A DNA stretch of 63,903 nucleotides, filler included, from Collodictyon triciliatum (GCA_043381765.1; 5 parts of 5 records of this genome joined end to end with filler, not necessarily neighbours in it); one strand, 5' to 3'; shown: positions 42,450 through 58,201, counted from the first letter of the whole stretch. The notes: generated by a model not told the origin, from the sequence alone. Numbers and translations are program-made.

Positions 42450-45427
42450 GTTGTTGTTGTTGTTGTTGTTATTGTTATTGTTATTGTTATTGTTACTATT
42501 ACTATATGCATTACTGTTATTATTACTAGTTCAAGTCAACCATGATAAATATTTCTTTTTTTTTTTTTTGCACGATGTGATCGCCATCTTGCAGCTCAAT
42601 ATCAGTCAGAACCACACGTCTTGAAATTAATCAGTATATATCCCACGCCTCATGTAAATCACTTTTCTCTATGATGACTGGGTAACACAGATCGGCATAT
42701 AACCAAGAGAATATGCAGCATTTGGCGAATACAAGACAATCGGTATCAACCATCACTATCTTGATAATTTATATATTTATTGAAAGCAAGTTGATTTGTA
42801 TTCTTGAGGCTGTTCTGAACAGAATGTCCTCCATTTGTGCGTGTTCTTGAAAGATACGCATGAGAATAAATTATAACGACACGACCACAGGAACCAAAAC
42901 AAGGAATGAAAACAACATATTCTGAATGTTTTAATAGTGTGAGTCCGTATCTCTACGCCCATTTCCATCAACCTCAATATTTCACTGAATCGCCAACGAA
43001 TTTGTATCTAATATTCATATGTGGCAGAGTCACTCTGGGAGCGGTCGAATTGCAGGTGTTCCTTCTTCTCGCGACCAACTTGGTGACAAACCTTTGGTAT
43101 TACCTTCTCTTCATTTTATCCACTCTCATCTCAATCAGAATGATTTAGCTCCGTATTATGCAAAGCACATGATAATCTGAGAGCTCCTAACCTATCTCAT
43201 CGACGCAGAACCCCAAGTCATCGGTTGTCGTTATCGATGCTCATCGTTCACACAACGCCATTTTTAACTTTGGTCCAAGCTACACCTCTGCTGCTGTAAG
43301 CTGATTATCTAAAATGCATTTCTCTTCCAACCCGCTTGGAGACGGTACAAGAGCAAAATGATTCAAAATCACAAAATTCACATTTCATATATCGCATAGG
43401 CCACCCCAGCAACCCGAAAAGCCACACAAACATCCCGGTTTGTAATCATTTATTTTAATTAGCATGAGTCTTTTTGTTATTGTTATTGTTATTACTATCA
43501 TTATGTCTTAAAATATAATAGTAGTTATTCTTATCTACCAGACAAATCAGCTCTACTGCAGAATCCCACTGCTCTACTCCTCGAGAAAATCCACCCAAAC
43601 TCCAACGCTCTCAAAGTGTTGAGTCCCTTCGATTAATCGTATGATGCCTTACGTGATGGTTAATCAATATGGACAACAATATACTTGTACATCCCATTCT
43701 TTAATGCCTCCTTCTAAACGTGCTACATCGAAAAATTCATGCGGAAAGACCCCGCAGACATCTGAGAGGCATCAAAGTCCACGCATCGAGGATAGCCGAT
43801 CGCTCTCTGCCAGATATGTTCAATCTCAGCAGGTTTCGTAACGTGCAGCACATTTATTCATCGCTTTTTTCATTATAAGAATACCATGGAATAATAATAA
43901 ACCCCGAATGTGTGTTTGGATATGCTCACGATAGTGATATTCCTTCTATATTATGGGGGACGATAAACCAATTACAGGTCTCGACATGGCACTTTGGATA
44001 TGATGGACCGACTCCCTATCGTCCAACAAAGCGAATAGTGCAGCCACCAACGCTGACTAAGGACCCGCGCATCATTTGGGACCATTACCGATCAGCAGAG
44101 TTTGTTCCCACCATTCGCATGGTTCCACGCCGAGGGAGTTCTCTAAATGCAAGTCTCTCTTTTGTTGGACACCTTTCAAAACGTGCAAAATCAGTTTTTC
44201 ATATTGACATTCTGATTATCGTTGCTCCTTTTTTTTTTAAAAAAAAAAAAGTTGTAGTCGAATACCTCGAAATTAATTTTATCGTAATATGCACTGAAGT
44301 AGGATTTGTTAACATTCTTGTACTTGTAAATTGTAATTCAATGACCTAATGGAATAGTACATGTTGCTTTTAGAATGTGCTGGAGGTCAAGAGCGCTTCA
44401 CAACAGACAAGGAGATTCACAGGATGGAACGAATCCCACAACATCCTTCAGCCGCGTACTGAATTATTTATTATATGTATTATGATAATTAATCATTATT
44501 AATCAAACAAACTATGTAGAAACATTTGAGCAGGCACCGACTCGTCCTGGAATCCGAACTAACCCAGAACAGCACATCACATCACAGAGTCAGAATGAGT
44601 GGGATATTGGTTCTCGCACGAACCTCGGCTCAGATCACGGTTCTGAAGCATATATTGTTTCCTCTTCCTATTCCTCTCTTTTTTTCTCTTTTTTTTCTTT
44701 CTCTTTTTTCCTCATTGAAAGGGATTCACTCATCGTCACATTCAGTCCCTATGTACGCGTGTGCTGCTGATATGCAATTTGTAACTTTTTCGTCCACATT
44801 ATTCACTAGGAAATCTAATTGTCCATCCACCAGTCGAATCAGACCCCTTTTCCCGTATGCTCACAGAAGAAAGGAACTTACAGAACTTTTTTATTTTCTT
44901 TTACTCAATCATCCTTCCTTCTCTCTCTCTCTTTTTATTTTCCTCTCTTGATTCCTTGAGAGAAAAATAACCATTGCAATACGCACCATCTGGCTTTACA
45001 TCTGGTGGTATTATAGGGCGGCTGCTTCTGTCTCCCCAAGACCACGAGATAGCTGGAATCCTCCAGTACAGACACGGGGGCAAACTTGCCGACCAGACTT
45101 GCCGTCTGATATACCAGACACGGGAGCAGGAGCAGAAAAACTACACGGCCCGCATATACGACTCTGTCCGGCAAACGGCCAAGGAGAGAGGAGAATCCCA
45201 GCTTCAAAGGTATGGTATTTCCGTCCCATCCCATCCCATCCCTCCACACAAACCACCGCGAAAGACAGGACGTGGTGTTCGGCACACCGTGACTCAATGC
45301 TTCATGTATTATATTCATATTACATATATAGGAGACACTCTTTCCGACTGTGAAGATGTGGAATCCTTCGGCGCCCACTTTCTTTCATCACCACTCACAA
45401 TCACAATCACATCAATTCCATGTGTGA
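42175..45427 (+). CDS. Hypothetical Ser/Pro-rich low-complexity protein; multi-exon, boundaries uncertain
   Basis: Series of GC-richer AG/GT-bounded blocks, e.g. VSTWHFGYDGPTPYRPTKRIVQPPTLTKDPRIIWDHYRSAEFVPTIRM, with a terminal ...KMWNPSAPTFFHHHSQSQSHQFHV*. No recognisable domain; start not resolved. Confidence 0.4.
42270..42500. repeat. Compound (ATT/GTT)n microsatellite
   Basis: Direct inspection. Confidence 0.9.
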
Positions 45428-45825
45428 ATATGAATGTGCAAAATGTGGACAGAGATGTGTGGATAGGGTGGAGGAGAACTGCAGAGAACTGGGAAGGAAG
45501 GAAACACGCTGAGGCGAATGAGCGGAATTATTGTGTAATCAGAATAAATCCCATCGGTGGAGATCGAATTAGGGCGTAAAAATAATAACAAAAAGAAATG
45601 CAATCATGATTCACAGTATTCACACCCTGCAAACTAGCGAGTCATTCTCCTGTATCTTCTACAAGGGGGGTTAGTGAAGATGGGAAAAGAAAAAAGGGCG
45701 GATAGAATCCGCACCGGTCAATGCGTCCTCTTTACGTTGCAATGCTCTTTTTTCTTTTTCATAAGGCAGATGGTTTATCCACCCCGAGCGCGCAGTGCAA
45801 AAGCCAGGGCTCCGAAGAATGTGAT

Positions 45826-48800
45826 TTACCAATCATCATCGTCGCTGTCATCATCATCACTGTCGGAGTCTGCAACAGCCTGGCGGATAATCATCGTGCG
45901 CTTCAGGATGGCTGCCACGTCAACCGCGCCGGGCGCAGCTGTAGTCGGAGCAGGCTTTTCAATCACACGGTCGGCTGCTTTGCGCAAGACTTTGCCCTGC
46001 GGTTCGGCCACAGCAAGGGGAAAGATGTATCAGTGATGAGTAACGGAGGAAACAGAGGCGCGAGTCACATGAATGCAATGACCAGGCAAGCAGGGAGGTT
46101 AGCGATGGAAGAGAAAGGCCCATACAGCGAAACAGATGTGGCCGCGTGAAGTCATGTTGCGCGTATGATATGTATGGCGAAGCGAGCGAATCGAGAAAGA
46201 ATATGACTTACTTGTTGGATGGAGTTCATCAGGGCACTGCGCCCTTCCAGCTTCTTTTCAGTGACCTGGGCCACAGACTTGAGCTGTGCTCCGGCCTGGA
46301 TGGAAGCAAGAAGCGGGTTTCCTGATGGTGGCGGCGGCGGTGGTGGAGCGCCTCCATCTATCAGGGTCGAAAGTTTGTGTCAATATAATAAGAATTCAGA
46401 CAGCCTCTTTTACAGTGAGCAAGTTCCAACTTCAAAGTCGCATGTGCGACATTTTGATTGAATGAAGTGTTTGTTTGTTTGTTTGTTTGTTGGTTGGTTA
46501 GTTTGTTTGTTAGTTTGTGTTTTTTTGGCTGTGGCCATGTGCTAACAAAATTACCCGATGGTGGAGGAGGGGGCGGTGGGGGCATACCCAGACCTGTATG
46601 AAGCGGATTAGAATGATAGGATATAGAATAAGAATGAAGTGCGACTCAAAGGCACACACCTGGTGGGGGCGGCGGTGGGGGCACTCCGGCAAAGTCTAAT
46701 CATTATAAACATGGCTCAGACGATAATCAGCAAAATATTCACAAAAGAACTACTTAAAGACATTTTTTTTCTCTCCATCTATACATTTCCCAGCTGATTT
46801 ATTTACCGACTTTCTTTGCAACTCATGAGCAAGCAACACAGCAACAAGAATTTTATAAGCAGATCATATAGACATAGGAAAAATGGCAAGGATGTCCTTA
46901 CAGACATAACTTTCAATAAACTGTTAATGCATATGACCATACCTCCAGGTGGCGGTGGCGGTGGAGGCGGGGCAGAGAACCCAAACTCTGGGGGCGGCGG
47001 AGGCGGCGGAGGCATCATTCCCATCGGCCCACCGGATGGTGGAGGCGGTGGCGGCGGCATGGAGAAAGACGTTGGCGGAGGCGGTGGAGGCGGTGGCAGA
47101 TTTGAGGGGGCTGTTGATAAACCAATTGATGCTCGGCTTGCAGCACTTCCCAAGGGCGGTGGAGAAGCGGCAGACATGGATGCGCGCTGAGAACCCTCAG
47201 AGCGAATGATGGATTGTGACTCGAGCGTGATGTCCACTGTGACTGGGCGCGAGACATTGCCAGGCTGGGAGAAGGAGACTGATGCGGGTCGAGCTGAACG
47301 GTTTTGCATAATTATGGGATTTAGTATGTCGGTATTTTACAAAGCATGATTATATTCGTGGAAAAAATTAGAATGTATCTAGTGTTGTATATGTGTCTGT
47401 TATCGAAATGCGAGTCATCAAGGTGCAGTAAAAAAGTGGGTCTTGCCTCCAGGGTCTTCTCCGCTGAACTCAGCGCCCTTGGCGTTGTATGTCTTCTTCT
47501 TGAGCTGGGAGGGCTTCTTTGCTTTGTTCGGGTCGCCACTTTGGTCCTGAGCCTTCTTTTCCTAATTGTGAATGCGCACAAATTTAAGAAATCCGAATGC
47601 CTGTAGAGTTTTGTGTCCTTTTGGAGTTGCGATAGTATGTAATGCTATATATGGAGTTAGATAAAACAACAAACTTTCTTCTTTCTTCTCTTTTCGCGCA
47701 TTTTAAGGCGCTCCTGCTCTTGGGCCTCCGCAAAGTAGCGAACAAAGAATAATGGATCGGAATATTCCTGCAGACAGCTTTTTGGTGGAGCATGGTACTC
47801 ATCCAATTTGTAGACATCCGGTGGTGGTTTGTTTTCTGTCCAGACGCGACGGATGGAAATTGGCTGGGTTTCCTATGTAATTGTCTTTATTTTAAAAAAA
47901 TAAAGTTGCATAATGGAACTCGGGACATACAACTAGCATGCATCCTCCTCTTTTTGTGAGCTTCAATATTCCAATAAAGCATTTCAATCTGAGACAACGG
48001 AATTTCCATTCTATCTCTTAAGTTTTATTTTGTTGGAGTGGTATCTGTAAATTGAGCTACCTTAACAAAGTGGCTGGATTGGATGACCGGTGCGACTTGA
48101 AGAGGAGCGCCTACACATCCGCAAATGATTAGTACAGGTATGTATTTGGACACAAGCCAGCAAGAGTTATGTTTGGCCGTGTGTAAGAAAGAACGAATGA
48201 CTTTGGAAGAGCCTAGAAAGACTTCGCGTGGTTAAAAGGGAAGAATACATTATTCTTAACGAGAATAGTTAAGATATAGTTTGAAAAAGTAGAGGCAAAA
48301 ATAAGGATACATAAGCTGCCTCTGCCTAGCCCTCAATTGCTGTTATGTTAGGATATGTTCTGCTTATTGACAAAAGGATGGCCATGAAAGTACCGGGGTT
48401 GCTGAGTAGAGTGGTGTGATCCACACTTCGAAAAAGCTGATCAGCGGCGTCCGCACTTGCAGAAAGGCGAGAAACTCTCTCGTTGAGGGACTGGACACGA
48501 GACGCAGTATTGGCAGCAATCTATGTGGAATTGTGTTGAGCCGAAGCATTCGATTGTTACAGCCCTTTTTCTTTTTCTTACTTTTTTTTTTTACTTTAGT
48601 TTAGAAAGGTTAGGAAGGTTAGAGGGGTGGGATACAAGATGAAAAAAATTTATGCAGAGTGAGGCTTTGAGGTGGTCTCACAAACCAAGGTCAAATCCTG
48701 GAAGATTTCTTGTGCGTAGTTGGCCAAGAAACTAAGCTGGAACATGGCTCCGCACAAGGATGTTTGCACAGCCGCGAGAGGCTTCTGCTCGGCCGGTGCG

Positions 48801-48865
48801 CTTCCAATCACATCCGGATTCACGTACTTTCGCGGTGGAAGAAGAACACTTTTTGAGATGGGCAT
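45826..48865 (-). CDS. scrA: SCAR/WAVE Arp2/3 activator (WHD, basic region, poly-Pro, two WH2, C, A)
   Basis: WHD LCGAMFQLSFLANYAQEIFQDL...KPPPDVYKLDEY...YSDPLFF; basic KMREKRRKK; proline-rich exons; C region DVAAILKRTMIIRQAV; acidic end DSDSDDDDSDDDDW*. Confidence 0.93.
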
Positions 48866-49780
48866 ATCTGTGGTGTTAGTCTAGTTAGACAAAGAAAATA
48901 CAACAACACGCCGTGAAAAGAGGAGAAGAAAAAGGAGGACGGGAAAGAGAAGCAGCAGCAGTTTCAATACAGAGCCTCTCTTTGTCTGCGATAAGCTGTT
49001 ATTATGTTGGGTTTTTTATCATCTTTCTTTTTTTCCCTTTATTCGATTTTGAATGTGTTGAGCACATTTTATTTATTATGTGGGAATGGGTTGCGCCTGT
49101 CCTCACTCATAAAACTAGTACAAACTAACAAACATAAACTTTGACTCTTCAATCTCAATCTCTCTTTCCTCTCGCCTGCGGCGGACGCACTTGTCTCGGT
49201 GGGACACATTTCGGCAATAGGTTGTTGCTTTCGGCCGTTTCTGCGGGTGACAACGCATCGGTTTCACACTTTCACGACTCACTGGGCTCCGGCAAGCAGT
49301 TCTCTTTTCGATGAAGATGAATGCTGAATAATGACTTCTGTGCTTTATATGCATCCCAAAGCGACTTTTCTTTGAAAATTTCTGTGAATTCGACATACTT
49401 GAACAAGTCGACATTGAACCCAATACATAAAAATAGGGTGATCTTCGTAGGGTATTTAAAAAATTTAGATTATTATATTGTAAAACTTTTATAATGTTAT
49501 AGGCTTTTTTCGAGGGCATTAATTTGTAAATTAAAAATTATATTATTACTTCCACAATTGAATAAGTGGTTCGCATGACTTGTGTCCAACCACAAAATCA
49601 CAGATCAAACGAACCGATCACATCTGCAGGCCAAGAAATAAAGTTACATGAAGAGGCAGAGACAAGATCGAACAACCCGCGGCAAAGGAATCTGGCAAAG
49701 CACGCCAAACAAACCACCGCACGTCCCTCCCACGATCTCCAAACCTAATCTATATTTGCTGTCAAAGTGTCCAGAGCGCC

Positions 49781-51690
49781 ATGGAAGTCGAGGATGTCGA
49801 GGCTGCCGCAACAAAGACTACTCCGGTGGCCCCCCAGAAGGCTGCGCCCCGCCAGGACCTGCTTGTGGGGTCCGTCCAGTTGGTTGTGGAGCCGACTCTG
49901 GTGGAAGTGAAGGACGTCCCGCGCGAGGTCTGGATTCATATTGGTTGAGCGAAAAAGACTCTTTTCATGGGGGTTTCCTTCTTTTTCTTCCATTCATGTT
50001 GGGGTGTGTATGTTAACCTACCACGGATACGAGTGGTTTTAAGTATAGTCACTTACTTTTGGGTTGGCAGAAAAAAAAAAAAACAACACAAAAAACCAAA
50101 AAACCAAACATTTTTTTATTATTATCATTATGATTTTCCATTCTGTGTTTTTTTCTTCCTTTACAGAAATACGGGTAGATATTAGCTCACCTCGCTGCAG
50201 TATTTCATTAGAGTGATATATGAACCTTATAATAAGCACCTCTTGGTCAATATGAGTTCAATCGTAGTAGAGAATGGGGTCATATATAAGCAATAACCTT
50301 TGCATGTGCTATTAGGTGGACATTGTGGAAACGTCACTCGGACCCATCCACGTAACAGTCTATGGCCCAAGAACGAAGCCGGCCGTGGTTACATTCCACG
50401 AATTTGGTGTTAATCGTAGGGTTTCTTTGCATACGATAATTATCATGTTATTATTAGCATCATTCACGCATGGAATAGGCCGGGTGGCAATTTAAAAGAA
50501 TCAACGGCTACATAATGAGCTGATTGTGCTTTATGGATTCCATTTTATTTATTTACTGATAATCAATATAATTACTGTCGTTCTTTCATATTCACAGACA
50601 AGATATGCTTTTCAACTTTCCTGAATTACCCGGCAATAAGCAAGCTTCTGGAGAAGTATACCATTTATCAGTTTGATGCACCCGGACACGAAGAAGAAGC
50701 AAAACCATTAGACCCATCTTACCAGTATCCAAGTGTGGATGGACTTTCGCAGATGGTTCATGAATCTTTGGAAAAATTAAGGTTGTGCTATTCGAGAGCA
50801 AATATGCAACATTTAATGCATATTTTAACCTGCATGTTTATTGATTTATTTTCTATACTAAACAATGTGCAGCATCAAAAGGCCAATCCTCCTTGGCGTA
50901 GGAACAGGTGCCACAGTTCTGGCAAATTATGCAGTATTTTTTTAAAATATAATTAAGTATAGATATGTGAATCACGAAAAAATAAAAAAAAAATAAAAAA
51001 ATCCTTTGCTATTTCAAATTGGTACTAAGATTAAGTTGTTGAATAAAGAAGTTCCTGATTTTGAAATGGACAGTGATTCAAATCATAATCAAAATTAACG
51101 CAAAGTTTTTCTCCTAGGCTGAGCACCCAGGTAATGTTTATGCGATGATTCTCATATCTGGAACCGCCCAGTTGTCCACGTGGACTGAATATTTTTGGAA
51201 TTGGGGCGAGCATTACTGGCTTCGAACGATTGGGAATGGACAGACATTTCAAAATGCTATGATTCGAGGATATTTGTCAACGGTAGAGTATGACTCGCGT
51301 TTTGTCATGCTTCATTATTTTCACATTTTAATATGGGTGTTAGTACATGTCATTTAGCTCCTTCAATATTATAGAATGGCTTCTACTACAACACCGATCT
51401 ATTACAGAGTCTTACCACCGAAATGTCTAAAATCCCATACGATGCGGTTAATAAGCTTATTCAAGCATATGGAAAGTTTGTTTCATATTGATTTTGTGGT
51501 TCTTTAGGAAATTTGATAAGCACATATCCCCATTCTGTATCAACTAATATTGAAGTTGGCTTTGCTTGAGCATGTTAACCCTAGCTCACTATTCCTCATT
51601 CTTTTTCCAGGAGGACAGACATTTCTGCCAAGCTACATAAATTAGAGTGAGACTCTTTTTCACAATCACAAGATGTTGAGCATCTGACAT

Positions 51691-51777
<87 letters not shown>

Positions 51778-52227
51778 TTTCCTCTCCTCCTGAATCAAGG
51801 GAATTTCTTTTCATTTTTACTACGCTCTACAAACACAGAATCCCTACGATTATATTTGCTGGAGCAGAGGCCTACAACTTAGACGAGACAGTAAATATGT
51901 TTTCATCATTCAAACCTGGAACTGCGACATGGATCAAAGTACTTTTTATTCTCCAAAGATTTATTTTTTATTTTAAGAAAATACAAGGTACGCTAATTGA
52001 ATAATAATTACATTATTGACTTCTGTTTTCTTTTTTTTTTTTAAAAAAAAAAGAAAATCTGTGGATATCAGTAAATTCATGTAAGGGGGTAACTCTTGCA
52101 TTTCTTAAATAAAATATGGAGCTAACTTCTCAACACGACCCAGGTCGATGACAGTGGGACGCTTCTTCACTTAGAGTCACCAGCCGCCCTTGTGCAGCCT
52201 CTTGAGCTCTGGTTTAAGGTTATCTGA
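49781..52227 (+). CDS. NDRG: NDRG-family (non-catalytic alpha/beta hydrolase fold) protein; 3' end approximate
   Basis: VETSLGPIHVTVYG..KPAVVTFHEFGVNHKICF, DAPGHEEEA, YQYPSVDGL, LGVGTGATVL, STWTEY, RTDIS, DSGTLLHLESP. Confidence 0.92.
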
Positions 52228-52780
52228 AGCTCTTAAGCCTGTAGTGACCCTATCTACCTCCAAATAAACGCGATTTATATGATGCCTGCGGCCTCACTCC
52301 TTCTCAGCAAAGGTAATCTCACCTCGATGAAAAAGAAAAAAAAAGAGTTCAACCTTAGAGGCGGAATGCAGCGCGAAGAGGATGACTTTTCTTTGAGATG
52401 AATATTCCACATATGTGGGGGTTGTGGCTTCCAGAAGAAGATGTTTTCTGAGAAAATCGCTATTTTATAGTTCATGTAGTCAACATAGCCGATGCTTCGT
52501 GCTTTTTGTTTTTGTTTTTATATTTGTTTTTGTGTTTTTCACCATTTTTTTTTAACAAAAAGCTTCATTTTCCAAACATACTTAAAAATATCTAGTTTGT
52601 CCGACCTTTCGCGTCACGCAAATACTTGTGATAAACCCTTCCTATCACACTTCGGGCGATGGGGTTTCACTGCTCGTCTTTTTCTTTTTCATTTCTTTTT
52701 CATTTCTTTTTCATTTCTTTTTCATTTCTTTTTCATTTCTTTTTCATTTCTTTTTCATTTCTTTTTCATTTCTTTTTCAT

Positions 52781-52880
52781 NNNNNNNNNNNNNNNNNNNN
52801 NNNNNNNNNNNNNNNNNNNNNNNNTTAATTAATTAANNNNNNNNNNNNNNNNNNNNNNNNNNNNNNNNNNNNNNNNNNNN
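52781..52880. other. Artificial contig spacer
   Basis: N44-TTAATTAATTAA-N44. Confidence 0.97.
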
Positions 52881-52933
52881 AAAAAAAAAAAAAAATTTAA
52901 AAAAAATTATTAAAAAAAAAAAAGTATAAAAAA

Positions 52934-52966
<33 letters not shown>

Positions 52967-53117
52967 GTAAAACAAATATAAATAACGAAGAAGAATGCCT
53001 ATTGTCCATTAGTAATTTTATAGGTTTTATTGGCTCTTCATTTTGTTTACATCAAAGACCACCCCTTTTTTTTTGAAATAATAAAAATAAAATAGAAATA
53101 AAAGGATGTATGAACCT

Positions 53118-55415
53118 TGGTTTCGTACATCTTTAATGACTCTTTCAAAGGCATCCTCCCATCCATACATCTTCACCGAGCGAATTCCGGACATAACCTT
53201 TGGTGAGGAGAAGGAGGGCAAAAAGGTTACGATAACGAGACCAGATTTTTGTTAGTTTATCTGCTTCTTTTTTTAATTATTTATTTTAATTTTAAAATAA
53301 TACCATGAATATAATATATTGTCGAAATAAAATAGCTAACATGATTCATGCACCATGTATCAGAAATAAGCTAAAAACAAAAAGAATATGAACGTAAGAA
53401 AAAAATGAACCTCGCTTAGAAGTTTAACTCGAGTGTCAGTGAAGCCAGCAGTTTTTCGCCGATTTACAGAAAATTTTTTTGTAAACCATATTTGTATGGG
53501 TATAAACATAAGTAAAACACCCAGCCCAGCTAAACATGATGGACCAATCTGTGATATGTGTTTATGATAAAATGAGATGAAATTGATCACCCCTTTTAAA
53601 AATCAAAATATGACTTTGGTTTCAATTTCACCATAAAAATACGCACGAAAAGAAATCATATTGTGCAAAAATAATGTATCCTTTTATATTTTATTCAAAC
53701 ATTTATAGATAATCTTGACGTTCAAGGAGGGGTATATGTATTCAAAAAGTATAGAAAGCACATTCATTTTTGAAACGAACATAACTAAATCTGGTTATTA
53801 AAACATGTTCAGAAATTATGCAAGTACAAGTGAATAGCCTTCTCACATTATTCCAAAGAATAGCCATCATCACAGATGCTTCTAACGGGCCGACCAAAAG
53901 GTACGGAATGAAAGGAGATCCGTCCTCGAATTTTTGTGTGTCAGTCGAGAGTAATGTGACAACCTACATCCGAACAAATAAAAATAATTAAAATCGAATG
54001 AGTGAATGTATACCGAGTTTGCAGCTACTAGGCATAAACCAAAATTCCTTAAGGATGAGACAGGTGATTACAGAAAAAAAAAAAAGAAGCAATGCTGGTG
54101 TTTCATAATAAATTGAGAGACAAACTTTCCCTGTGTTGAATAATGAAGACGATGTTCCATTGAGACGAAGAGCCTTTCTCTGAATTAATGAAAAGAGAGC
54201 GACACGCACTTTCATTCCAACACTAATGCGTGTGTTTTTTTTTTTTTCAACATAAAAAGGGATAAGTATGAATAAATTTGACTTGACGGGGAAAATTTTA
54301 AAACAAAAAAGAAAAGTAAGCATCAGTAGTATCATATGATAATAATTTTCTTTTTATTCTGATTGACATATTGTAACAGAAATTATCACCTCAGAAGTGA
54401 AAAAAAATTATGATGATGGGTAAACGCCAAGCTGAAGGAGGACAACGACAAACCAGCAGCACAAATGTAAATCAAATTTATGTTCTGAATAAACTTGAGA
54501 GTGAGTGATCATGAACTAAAAAGTGCAATATGGATAAATTTATGAGCAAAGAGAATATAACCAACCGAAACATTAAGTGAATATTTCTGTGTGTGGATTG
54601 CTTTTAAAAGAAAACGTGGCAATAAGAGAGGAAAAAAAAAAGGAATGGGATATTGACGAGAATTTTCTTAAATAAAAATGCAGAGTAATAGGTGTGATGG
54701 AATAATATACTTCAGATTCGGGGTCGCTTGCATAGGAGACAAGCTTGCCCAGTAAAATGGGCTGCCAGCTTCGAAAAAAAATATGGAACGTAAATCTTAA
54801 AATAGCCCAAATATATTCAGTAATGAAAACACGATACAATGCCCGAGCCAAGCTTGGATTCGATCCGCCTGAAGTAAGGTTGTTTTTTTTAAAAATAAAT
54901 AAATAAATGATAATAATGTTGTATTATTTCCTCTATATTATATAGGTAATAACCCGACAAATAATAATGAGATAGGCGTTTTCATTTGTGGGTATTTAAA
55001 GTGTATACGTTGAGAGTATCATAACTTTGAGAGGCTATTTGCATTTGTTCATATTCAATCATTTTGCTAGAAAAATGAAAATGTACACCACAAATAAATA
55101 ATCAAAGTGAGAGAAGATAATGTTATAAAAAAAAAGTTAAGACTTACAGGCTGATAACTCACGGTTCCATTCTGCAGAGAGCCTATTCAACAAAATAGCA
55201 GATTCCATCGCTTCAGGAACCTATGAATCACAGCATTTTGTTGGAAATGAAAATATTAAACATCCTAGAGGGAATTATTGCAAAGTAAAAGAAATAGCAT
55301 AGCAGAAGCGTAAAACAAATGAACTGAGAGGATACCCTAGTGCGAACAATAGCAATAATAATGATAATGGTAATGATGATAATGATAATGATAACACATC
55401 GGCGCTAAGACTAAC

Positions 55416-55462
<47 letters not shown>

Positions 55463-55666
55463 TTATACTTTATATTTTACAAATACACAGACCGGAGATA
55501 CATCATCCACTTGCAAGGGTCGTTGCTTGCCGAGCTTCAGTAGTGGCCAATCGAACTGAAAGGACATGCGCGAGAAAACTGAAGCATTTGTGAAGGTGGA
55601 AACAGGCTTGCCGGCCAACTCTGAGTCCTCGCCAACAGAGCGCTCAAGGCGTTCGAAGGGCCGCAT
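53118..55666 (-). CDS. ABCC: ABC transporter, subfamily C (MRP4-like, no TMD0 seen); 3' truncated at the contig start
   Basis: NASVFSRMSF..PLLKLGKQRPLQVDDV; QPILLGKLV; GMKVRVALFSLIQRKALRL; IGPSCLAG; TDTRVKLLSE-VMSGIRSVKMYGWE. Confidence 0.92.
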
Positions 55667-56277
55667 GTCGCCAGATAAAGCTTGTGCCAGTAGGTTAAAT
55701 CTTTTCTTTTCTTACTTTTATTGTTGTTCTTTCGGTGCTTTTTGTAGTTTTTCGGTTTTGTTCATTGTTTTGCGTTTTATATTTTTAGGGTCTTATATTT
55801 GTGTTGCATCTTTTGTGTCTTTTGTCGTCTTCTGAGTCTTTTGAGTCTCTGTTGTCTTTTGTGTCTTTTGTTGTCTTTTGTTGTGCCAGGCTGTGTGGTG
55901 TGGTTTCAAGTATTTATATGAGCCGTTCTCCAGCGCCGATCCGAAAGTAAAGGAGAATGGCAAGCGAATGCGTTCGGATTCTGTATGATTCGGTAAAATC
56001 GAACCGATATGGGATAATTTCTGTGTGTTGCCCACACTTATTTGTGGAAAATAAAACAAAGGAAATGCAAAAATCTCTTCGGGTGGAGATAGTTCTGATA
56101 ATGATTGTAGAGTGCATTTGATTGTGGCTCTTCGGACGCTGCTTCTTTTAATGCTTTGCTCTCTGGTCTTGGTGGCATCTGTATTGTCGCCATTATAATG
56201 ATCGCATAATAACTTCTCTTATAATTATCCAAAAAGGTTTTATTAACTGGTTTTTTCTCCTGGTGAAAGGCCGTGTC

Positions 56278-57678
<1,401 letters not shown>

Positions 57679-58201
57679 TGTGTATTGAAGAGATGTCTTT
57701 TCCAGACGCTCCAAGGGATTCGCTCTGGTTGCTGCGTCGAGGCCTGGCTTGAAAGGACAACTACTATCGGGTCGATCCCAACTCTAAAGAATGAAAGATA
57801 GAAAGAAAAGGCGAATGACGATAAAAAGATAAAAAGATGTGAAAAAAAAAAAGAAAGGAAATGGTGAAGACTTTTGTTGTCCTGCAAATGGCTGAACTTG
57901 CATGATCAAGGAGCTGATAGCGCAGAAGAGAGACGAATGAGCTTTGCTTAATGGTTAGCATAATTATAGTATCTCAGACAAGATTTTATTGCAAAATGGT
58001 CTCTATCTCACAACGTTATTTTAATTTGAGTCCGTATGCATATTTTCCACATCAGAATATAGAATATTCCATGGCCGATCCCCGATAATTGCATAGAAAT
58101 CATCGCTCTTATGGTCGTGGCAAATCAGCTGGAAGTTCATCAAACGCGAAAGTGCGCCGCGCGTCTGTGAAGAGTTGACCCGACTGACTTCATTTCATAT
58201 G

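Noticed and set aside
45354-45390. PAM2-like motif (WNPSAPTFF) in the low-complexity protein
   Set aside because: Imperfect match (no terminal Pro) within an uncertain gene model.
48110-48392. Possible U12-type intron (GTATCCTT donor-like) and microexons in SCAR
   Set aside because: A single ordinary phase-1 intron (...LSNP G|GAPLQ...) explains the frame without them.
10187-48865. Apparent cytoskeleton/signalling cluster (RasGEF, myosin, CH protein, SCAR)
   Set aside because: The genes lie on different contigs joined artificially.
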